20,000 nt of DNA from Catajapyx aquilonaris (GCA_000934665.2 JYFJ02001449.1:59491-79490), one strand, 5' to 3'. Positions 1 through 9,382 are shown, counted from the stretch's first letter. The notes: a model not told the origin generated them from the letters alone. Program-made: numbers and translations.

Positions 1-359
1 GATGCACTAAAGTTTTTATCGCTCCGATCTCCCTTGGGACTTGAATAATGAATAAAATATTGTCTGCGGAAAGTATTCTTCGGGATAACTTACACAATTT
101 ATGGACCATACGGTTTAGTTACAAGAAAAACCTTTTGCGAGCTCGTGTAACTCCTGATTGGGATTCGGGCCCGAATCGGCTAAAACAAGGCGTAAAAAAA
201 CGGCATCCGTGATTATCCAGAAACTGCAACAATTAAATATTGGTGACATCGGGCTGTTTTCCGTTTTACTTTAATGCAATTTCTAAATCCAGGTTCGTTT
301 TCCCACAAAAATGCAATGGGATAAAGTAGGATCACATTTCTATTGAGTTCTGACTTTTC

Positions 360-394
360 AGACATTTGGTGACATTAAATGTCACCAAATGTCT
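360..394. repeat. Perfect inverted repeat, 17-bp arms, 1-nt spacer
   Basis: agacatttggtgacatt-a-aatgtcaccaaatgtct. Confidence 0.9.
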
Positions 395-928
395 TTATAA
401 ATTTTATAAAAATATAAATTCTGAAAATTTGCAATGATGAAATTAGTGAGAAGCAATAAGTTCAGGCCAAAGACTTCGTCAAAAATATCATAAAAGGTTA
501 CATATTTTAATTGAAAATCGAGCCACCATTTGATGGAAGAAAGTCGTGCCTCACAGGTGAATGGTGTGATTGCTAATTTCTGGGCTTAATGAAATCATTA
601 TTCGTGCTGGCAGGATGTGCACAAAGGGTAATGCATCAACAATGGTTTTTACGTCCAGATTTCGGATTTAACCGTTCCCAGGGCGGCCAACTTAATCGCC
701 ACATATTTCTGCATGACGAATGATTAGCAATTTAGATATGTAATTGGCACTTTTTATCGTCGCAATAAAAGTAGGGTTGGGGGGCATCAAAAACGATATA
801 TTTTTGGCACGATATTTCTAATCCACTTGACAGTAGTTGGCGGTTCCCCAATCCTGATTTGCAAATGAAAATTTATGTGGCGATAGTAATATGTGGGAAC
901 CAGAAAGGCGAACTGTTGACGTGAGGAT

Positions 929-950
929 GGGTGAGGGTGGGAGGTAGGGG
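929..950 (+). other. G-quadruplex-forming motif
   Basis: GGG-TGA-GGG-T-GGG-AGGTA-GGGG. Confidence 0.55.
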
Positions 951-1368
951 ACAGAGGGTGGAATCCCCGCAATTAAAAGCCCCCAATAACTATTTTAATG
1001 CTCCAAGCCCTATAGAGTTCTGTCGAAATGGTTTATTGCAAAACGCTGGACGGATTGTGTCTCCGCTCTTTTCTATATATCCTTTGCACCACTAATTACA
1101 AGTTGATATATGAGCGCCGCCGGATGTTTTATTACGGTTCGCTCATATTGCTTCCGAAAATACTGCGGATTGAAGCTTTTTGGGAACATCTGCCGGCCTC
1201 GCCCACCCTAAAAAATGGTAGCAGTCCCAGAAAAGAAAACTGGGAACAATTTCACACGTGAAATTAAAAACCGGTTGCGACGCGGATCAAAAGAGATGAC
1301 AAAGGGTTTTACTTGTCTCCCACAGCTATTCCCCTGCCGTCTGCGAAAAATTTTTTTATAGTATGGCA

Positions 1369-1389
1369 GGGAAGGGAGAGGGAAGGGGG
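1369..1389 (+). other. G-quadruplex-forming motif / polypurine tract
   Basis: GGG-AA-GGG-AGA-GGG-AA-GGGGG. Confidence 0.6.
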
Positions 1390-2837
1390 TGGTCGGCTTT
1401 CGTAATTTTGCGATGAAACATTACCCGCTCCATTACTCCTACCTTCCTCCCCACCTCCTGCTGAAACCAAGATTGATCTGAGGACAGTGGCGCTGATGAA
1501 TGGATACGCCTCGCTTAGCCTAGCCCCCCATAGGAATAACACCCTTCCCTTCCCTCCTCTACTCTCTCGCCTCCAGATGAATTGCAAGCCATTTGAAATA
1601 TAGACCCTCTCTTGCGGGGAGAGAGAGGCTCAGGGAAATCGAGGGAGAAAGAAAGCCTTCCAAACAGTACCTGGGAGAGTCTCCCGTGTAATTGACGGCG
1701 CTCCAGGATAAAAGATTTGCTGTACCTAAGCGTACTCTCCGATCAAGTCCGGACTATCGGAGAGTTAAGCTCTATTCGTGTATCTGGAGGTGCAAACACA
1801 CCCGGGTTTAGCCATTGAGGATCTGAAATCGGATCCTTGTTAGCCATTGCCGTCATACCGAGTAGTACTATCAATTTGGCAGCAAATTGCTCAGACCATG
1901 ATTTTGGAGTAATTAGACCAAAATATGTAGTCACCTCTTTCTCACTACTAGGATTTGACTTTTTGCACAACACTGGTTCCAATTAATAGGCAAGTGACAA
2001 AAACACATAACCTATCAAAATGTTAATGTCGGAGGCGGTGCGTGTTAACGATTAGCATTAATAGTAGCACAACTGAGCTTTAATTACGTGTAATTGCATT
2101 CATTACTAGAGAGTTTACATAATTCGCTTTATTACGCATTCTAAATTGATTTCGATCTGTGTACTGTACACTATTATTTAATCATCCTGCAGTGCAGTGA
2201 CTGACTGACATGCGCCGACATTATTACAAGTAGCTGCCAATTACTTAATTTGGCGATAACCATTCCGCGCCCGTTCCACATGCCATCCATCCACACCCAC
2301 CAATTTTTGGGAGGGGGTGTCCCTTGCACCATCTCAAGTGGCGTCCCCTCTTCAATTACTGTAATTGGAGAGAGGCGAGGTGGGAAATTACAAAGTTGAG
2401 CTTCCCTCGAAACCGACTCGTCATTATGTAGCATCCGGTCGTAAGCGGACACCCAATCAATGATGCAGAGCACCCTGTGGTTTACGTCCTCTATATACCA
2501 CCCCAACTCCTCTCACCTCACCTCCTCCAAAAACCAATTCCCCAATATCTCTCTCTGCTTGGGCCCGGGCAGGGCGGAACTTAAGTGGTAACGGAAGCCC
2601 CTGGTCCTGGTTTCGTTTTGCCAGCAAGTTGTAACTGCTCCGGAGGCCCCCGATGTGTAACTGCACCTTTTCTCTCCAACCTGTGGTCTTCGGGTTGGAA
2701 AATTAACAATCGATAAAGTCGTTACTGGGCCGGTCCATATTCTTGAATATTCGGAGAGGTCTAGGAGGGCCACCAATCAATACGAAATCGATCCTAAAGA
2801 TGCACCAATTCACATTTTGTGATTCCAGGCATGTGAG

Positions 2838-2852
2838 TTGACACACCCTGTA
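2838..2852 (-). mobile_element. Solo Tc1/mariner-like terminus (reverse complement TA + CAGGGTGTGTCAA)
   Basis: ttgacacaccctgta; its reverse complement is 14/15 identical to 13807-13821. Confidence 0.3.
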
Positions 2853-5800
2853 TACCGAGTCCATCTGTAATGCGGATGGAAGCCGCGCAAACCGTGGGGG
2901 CGATGAAATTATCAGATGATTCCCGTCTCTAATCCGAGGCTTTCACAATAGGCTGCTGCACTGCACCATTTCCTCGTTGGGAGGGATATACATCACCACC
3001 TGCTGCAGCCAGCAGAGTGGGTGGAAAACCAATGCCTTGTTATTTCACGTCTCACCAACTCCGTAATAAACCAAGGGGGTATTAATTTTATGCAAATGAA
3101 CACGCATAATCTGGAAGGATGAACGGTGGCTCGGATCATCTGCTGTCCCCTAATGGGTAAACACCGACCCTGCATTTATCGCCATTGTCCTTCAGCCTAA
3201 TAAAAAACAAAGAACTTGCAAGGTCCTTGAAAGTTACCTGAGTGCCTCGCATTCCGGCAGCTCTCATTTGTCTCTAGGGCGACGTTTCGCGAGCATTATC
3301 GATGAAATATCGCTGATGCTTCACCGGATGATCGTACATTTTACTTAGGGCCTCGGCAATCGTTGCCTTTTATGCAGACACGCACACTTTTTTTTTCCTC
3401 CCGTATACGAGCCAGTCGAGTAGATTTTCACCAAAGGCTCATTACTGGTAGAGAGGAGGTACCTAGTGACGGCTCAGAGACACGGGCCAATTATTCAAAG
3501 TGGCTTCCCAAAGTGGAATACCGGTTAATCACATGCTAATATGACTATCCTCTCGAAACGAGCTCTGCACGAAATGCTTCATAATGATGTCACCGGTGAT
3601 TTTTTTTCTCTCTCTCTCACTTCCAGGTTTTCTGCCACACCTTGTATCAGCGAAATATAGCAGGTAGTAATAAAGTTCGAGCCCGCTTTCCTGCGAAGCC
3701 GCTTTCACCATATACCCGGGTGTAATATCCGGGTGGGAGGGGACCAGTGATGAATCCGGTGTCCCTAGATGAAACGGTTCCCAGGTGTTAGGCGGCGACG
3801 GATGTCGTTAACACCACAGGCAACTCACTCTCGACACAAGTGCTCTTTACTTCTGATCCCTAAAAACTCGTGTCATATATATTTTTTTCTAGCTCCGAAT
3901 CCCCTCCCACAACTATAGATATTGTATAGCAGAAGCCAGACCGAAACCCATTTTTCTTTTTCTTTTCCTCTCAGGTAATGTAGAGCGTCGATTCAACCCT
4001 GGCCGCCCAGGGGGCATTTTAGGTGTTCGAAGAACAATTTCCGAAACCATTGAATTTTTTCCCCCTCTACTTTCCAAGGTGCGATTTCTACACCTGCGTC
4101 TGCCCAATTTCACTCGGGGTTATAGATATGGTCCATCTTGCAATAGTGAGCAGAATTTTTTAAAAACAATGACGATGAAGGCCCTAGGGCTGTGATTAAA
4201 TAAAGCGTCCAGCGTGTTATGAAATTTTAACGCGGTTTATGGACCACGGTTTTGCTAGTTTGTTGAACGCTGTGACAACATGATGATGATGTATGTACCA
4301 AATGACTGCCATTTGCTTAATAAATTGGCTCCGTAATTGAGTAATCTGATTAAAGCAAAGCTAACTGGTTCCAAGCATGACTAAGGACCCAACATAGGCC
4401 ATATTGATTGACTGATTGATCTATTCCCACATGTTTTGATCCACATTGTGGCATACTTTCTCGCAATGATGAAACTTACAATGTTAAATCATGTGTCAGT
4501 GTAAGCCATAAAATGCAATTTCATAATATTGCATAGCTTTAAAATATGGGCTTCATCTCTTATTGCATGAAAATTAAAATAAACTACAGTGCACATTTTA
4601 AGAATCTCCTGGCCCATATATGAATATTTGGCATTTTAAACAGGCCCTATACTTAAATAATTTGTTATAAATATTCTAAGTAAAATCATTTAGTCAAATG
4701 TGTAGGCCGTTCCAACTAATACCTCTTTAGCAATATTATACAATTAGGCTACATTTCACTTTTCCACTTACTCTGTGTGATACACATTTTTGCACCAAAA
4801 GGTCGTACTTTTCCAAGCAAAATACATATGCCTATTATGTGGTAGAATCCTTTCTGCAACAAGGAAAAAAAGAACCCTGATCCCAGTCTAGATGACACGT
4901 CCTCCAGGTTTTTACGTTGTCCCGGCAATGTTGCGTGATACTCAGGTCAGAAAAATTTTTCCAAGTGGCTGCCGCAATCCAACGCAAGACATTTGTTGTC
5001 CGTCTAAGAAAACCATCGCACAAAAAAGAGGAAGGCTATATAGGTATAAGAGTCTGCAAAAGAGGCTTTCCAGCTGGTATATTTATCTTCTGGTCAGGGG
5101 TGGCCGGTTCCGCAAAATCCACTGGGGGGTCGCCACGATCGCACAAACAATTTTTGCAGGCCGAAAATATTTTTTCACTAAACAAAAGTTGGCGACCTCC
5201 AAAAGTTCTGCAGGTCCTACTTTCATTTAGCAAAATGGCTTCTCCAATCCCATTAATTAACCTCCCCTTGGATTTGGTTTGGCCCTGCATCCAATTCAAT
5301 TAGCAAAATTGCGCCAATTTTATTCCGCAATAATCCTCCCAGTCAACAAGGCCAGCTGCAGGTGATTGGTCTGCTGTCCACTTGACCCCTCCGTCCCATT
5401 TGCCCATTTCCATCGTGTCCGACACGACTACAGAGACGATTAAGGATGCGCGGAATGGAAATTCCAGGCGATTAGTGAGTTAAACAGCCAAGATTTACAT
5501 CTCCACTTCGCACTTTGCGCATTACTCAAGCCATGCTAAAGACCTCCAGCACTCAGTGGGGGGGACTAAATATATATTTTTAAAACACAGAGAAGTGCAA
5601 TTGGCTAACGAAATATGATGATTGCGTCGGATTCATCACGTCCAAATCTAGGGATTATTCTAATTAACAGCCAGCTTTATCAGTACTGCGATTTTTTTGG
5701 AAGCTCCTTACCGCCTTTTTTTCGCAGTGATATGTGGCAACATCGCATTACCTGCACGAATTACGACTAGCCGTTACTTATTCGCAAATTCGATTGATAC

Positions 5801-5970
5801 AATATAATCAGCTTCCTCTTATTGTCAGGGCAGAGCTAAAGCGAGTGCCCTACTTTTTTCCGCATTACACACAGTGTGTACATTGCGGATATGTACCACA
5901 CCACCATAAAAATCCAGAGAGGATTTTCGCATCAATCCAATGTTCAGGTCGACCCGTTTTTTTTCCAAAA

Positions 5971-6000
5971 AGAGAGAGAGAGAGGGAACACACACACACA
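5971..6000. repeat. Compound microsatellite (AG)7 + (AC)6
   Basis: agagagagagagag-gga-acacacacacaca. Confidence 0.9.
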
Positions 6001-8266
6001 AAAGTGGGTTGGAGCATAGTTGATGAATTTGTCGCCGCTTCTGGCCATAATGTTGAAAAGTATGGGTGAACCTGCCGGCATACTTTTGATGTAAAACACC
6101 ATTAGGCCCGGTGGTATTGCCGCAGAGGTCACTTTTGCGGTGAAAATCTGCTTGGGATTCGTATCTATTTGGGGCTAATTTAAACGGCAAGCTGTATGTA
6201 ATAACCGCTGTCTGTTTACACTCTAACGACACCGCCCGGCATAATAATACGAGGGGCGGACAAAAATAGGAAGCCGGATGTTTACTCTAACCTGGCCCGG
6301 TTTTAATACGAAGTACAGGCCTACTCTAGGTCATTGGATTTTTTTTTTTTTGAAACTTCACCATTGGATGTCATTACGTTTTCATACGGAATGTCTTTCT
6401 CTATTATACTTGCATATTTTTACAATATAGCAGTATGCACATTTCCAAAATCGCAACTCTCAGGCCAGTACTTTCACAATTCTGTATGTTATCCAGAATA
6501 AAGACTCATAGCATATAATACCAGTACCAATTGCATTGAAGAAACAATGTTGCTTCTGTACCCACATAGTAATTATGTTAACATTCCTGAAATTAACTCT
6601 AGGCCGTACATCACGTGATGTAATAAATGAGTTATTAGTGGCATGCAATAATTATCAATATTCTATGCTGCGTAATTGGCGATGTCAAATTCCTATGCAA
6701 CGCCAGCGGCTTACACAGCGGTTACACATGGGGAACAGTGTCAAATCTTTTGCACGTATTTGATAAGTTTTAGTGAATTTTAGGACTTCTAAATACTTCA
6801 TCGAATCGAAGACCACAATGGGTTTGTCAATTTTTAAGGAATAGATTTTATGGCATACCGTGCTCTCCATCTGGTGGATACCAATCCGCAGATAATGCCA
6901 GAAGAGCCGAAATGACACTAGAAGCGTCTAAAATAGGTTTATAAAAGAGAAGCTCTACTTACCCTGGAACGTTCCCCACTGAGGTTCAGTCCGGCACCTA
7001 GTGGAAAATAGAGTACTTGTATAGGTCTACTGCATAATTATGGGTCTACACTGCACCCAAAAATATTTGACCCACACTCTCGGGGAGTGGTCACAAATGC
7101 GCGCTAGTGTGTATAATGCACTAAATTTGGAAGTGTTACTAATAGACTATAATGTCACAAAGAGTTGATCACGTTGACAATCCTGTCGAGTTCACATGGG
7201 CGTCTTTGTGCCTGTCTTTCGTCTCTGATGTTGTGTAGACTAAAGTTGGCTACACCATCCTCTACACAAGGACACTAACCGGTTCCCTATAGTTTCACTA
7301 TAAACCGGTCTATAGTCTCGATCTTAGCCTCGTGGACTAATGTCGGTGAATATTCTGAAAATGACTCATTGGTTCCTTTCTGATTAAAAACGCCCCAAAT
7401 CTATGATGTCTGCACTTGACGATTCTTCTATTGGCTAAATCAAAAGCTGAAATTTTGCAGCCCCATTATAGTGGCGAAAGTCCGGCTACTGTGTGGTTCA
7501 AAACCCACTTGGGCTCGTATTGAATTGTGGTATTCAATTACCAAGGTGACCGCAGGTTCTCTGTGGCAATCATAAAAATGTGGTTAAGTTAAGTACTTCC
7601 TTTGACACACTCATACAGTCTTGTATTATTAGGGTCCCAATACAATATTTGCTGCATCCAGTGATATTTCATATTCTACTACTGTACAAGCTTTGCTGTA
7701 CAAAGAGATATGATACTGTCTGATAATTTACCGTCCTTTTCAGCCTTAATGCACAATTGCTACAAACCCCAAAGTACATCATTGCAACTTTGCATTTTAA
7801 ATGCAATGAGGCCAAATATGTAGGCTACTGTACGTGGCCACACACATCTCAGTCATACCGCGACTTTTGAACATTGCAAAGGCCACTGTAGTAATAACTC
7901 GCTATATATACAAATGCAAAAACTGTACTACCAAGGCGAGCATTAGTTACGCACAATAAGTGATATCATCTGCAAGAACGGCTTTCTCTGATGCAGTCCC
8001 AGTGCTTTTCAAGTAATGTGATTATTTACTCGGAGCAACGAGGTCTTGCAATGTAAGTGCCTAACTGCCGAAAAGGCCTTGGAATGTTTTGTCGGAATCA
8101 GTCACTGTAAGCACTATAGGTTTAGGCGAACAAATGGACGAGGGTAAAAGGAAAAGTAAGGCTTCCTTTTCCCCGAGATCCACCAATGTCGAAACCCGGG
8201 TGAAGCACGACCCACCAGGGGTAAGCCATGGGAGCCTCAAATGCTCCAAATGGGACACCACACAAC

Positions 8267-8386
8267 TATATACCCTCTCTTTTTTTCTCTCTTTCTTTCT
8301 GCCTCTGAGTTAGTTTGCGCGACACCATTTTCTGTGTGGAAGAAAGGAATCGCATTTTTTTAGAACCAGAAAAACCTGGGTCAGTT
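8267..8386 (+). promoter_or_regulatory. Possible core promoter, or alternatively a 3' splice site, ahead of the upstream exon
   Basis: TATATA at 8267-8272, CT-rich tract ~8274-8306, Initiator-like TTAGTT (8310-8315) and TCAGTT (8381-8386; arthropod Inr consensus TCAKTY). No exact DPE at +28 for either Inr. Confidence 0.3.
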
Positions 8387-8441
8387 CGCTGGAACCCCAA
8401 AAAAAGAGATAGGTCTGAGCGATATCGAAAATATATATCAG
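8312..8441 (+). other. Candidate upstream exon, likely 5' UTR; start uncertain (8312/8314 or ~8383)
   Basis: Consensus donor CAG|GTAAGT at 8441/8442, 355 nt before the 8797 acceptor. There is no ATG in 8312-8441. It is preceded by a CT-rich tract ending in ...ctgagttag. Confidence 0.45.
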
Positions 8442-8799
8442 GTAAGTGCCTAATCGCATACGATCTATCGGAAATCGAAATGGATATGAAAACCGAAAGT
8501 TGCGCTCAATACGCTTGTGTAGTTTAACATAATGCAATATATGGAAAATATCTTGACTTTCACATTTCACGAGGAAATCGAAATGTATGGCTGAAAATTA
8601 TAAAGGAAACAAAATTTGCAATCCGCAAAGTTTTTTCTTCACCATCAAATTTTCTTCACTATTCACACTTCTAGCCAATTATTCAACTATTGCACTTGAT
8701 CAATGGATTCTCAGAGAAAATCGACTATATGCATTGTATGGGTAATGTGGATGTTGGCTTCAAAGACATGACCTTTGACCTATTTTTATCTTGCAGAGG

Positions 8800-8862
8800 A
8801 TGCTGCCAACCCCGGCACTTGGGGGAAGGCGCTGTGGCCTGGCGTCTCCTCAAACACGATGA
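8800..8862 (+). other. Upstream ORF (20 aa, MLPTPALGGRRCGLASPQTR) whose TGA overlaps the main ATG
   Basis: ATG at 8800-8802, open to TGA at 8860-8862, within cacgATGAgg. Confidence 0.4.
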
Positions 8863-8919
8863 GGCCAATAGCAACATCCTTCGTGCATCTCATGGCTACT
8901 CTCGTCTCTCTCACCCAAG
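8859..8919 (+). CDS. Probable first coding segment (signal peptide) of an unidentified secreted or membrane protein; partial, continues beyond a phase-1 intron
   Basis: ATG at 8859 has A at -3. It translates as MRPIATSFVHLMATLVSLTQ plus the first G of the next codon: basic n-region (MR), moderately hydrophobic core, small residues near the expected cleavage site. It ends at donor AAG|GTGAGT (8919/8920), with a second donor CAG|GTAAGT at 8928/8929. Signal peptide exons ending in phase 1 are common in animal secreted and cell-surface genes. Confidence 0.6.
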
Positions 8920-9350
8920 GTGAGTCAGGTAAGTCGATATCTTCTCATACTCTTTTCATATAATTATATAAGAGGACAATTATTTCCATCCACTTCTCCA
9001 TGCACAAAATTGCAAGGAAAATGGGCCTCCCTCACAAATTAATTAACGAGATAATCACCGACCGACTTTTTCCTCCTCTCAAAATCCAATATGATTCCGA
9101 CATCCCGTCTTTTGCTTCTTTTCAAAGAAAAAAAGGTCTGCGACTGGTCGGAGAACGGAAAAAGGAAAAGAAAAAAAAATCCGAGCGAGCGTAGTAATTT
9201 CATTAGCGACAAAAAGGAGTAATTAGACGGAGAAAAAGCAAAGGTAGGAGTAGGAGTCCAAGTTTACTTGTAAAGGACTTTTTTTCCCTCAAGAGAAGCG
9301 TCTCCTGATTCTATTCAGCTCTCTCTTTTCGGTCCATGTGTTTCTGTAGG

Positions 9351-9352
<2 letters not shown>

Positions 9353-9382
<30 letters not shown>
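9353..9382. repeat. (CT)15 microsatellite
   Basis: Direct reading; degenerate CT-rich flanks on both sides. Confidence 0.95.

Larger units (their letters stand above)
8797..8928 (+). other. Spliceosomal exon (123 nt to donor 1, 132 nt to donor 2)
   Basis: Acceptor tttgacctatttttatcttgcag| (AG at 8795-8796) with a TTGAC branch-like motif upstream. The exon body is more GC-rich than its flanks and ends in two near-consensus donors. Confidence 0.65.

Noticed and set aside
2844..2865. caccctgtataccgag resembling the miR-10 family 5' end
   Set aside because: It diverges after the seed and has no complementary star arm. It is better explained as a Tc1-like terminus.
3658..3684. B-box-like GTTCGAGCCC suggesting a tRNA or SINE
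   Set aside because: No properly spaced A box and no cloverleaf.
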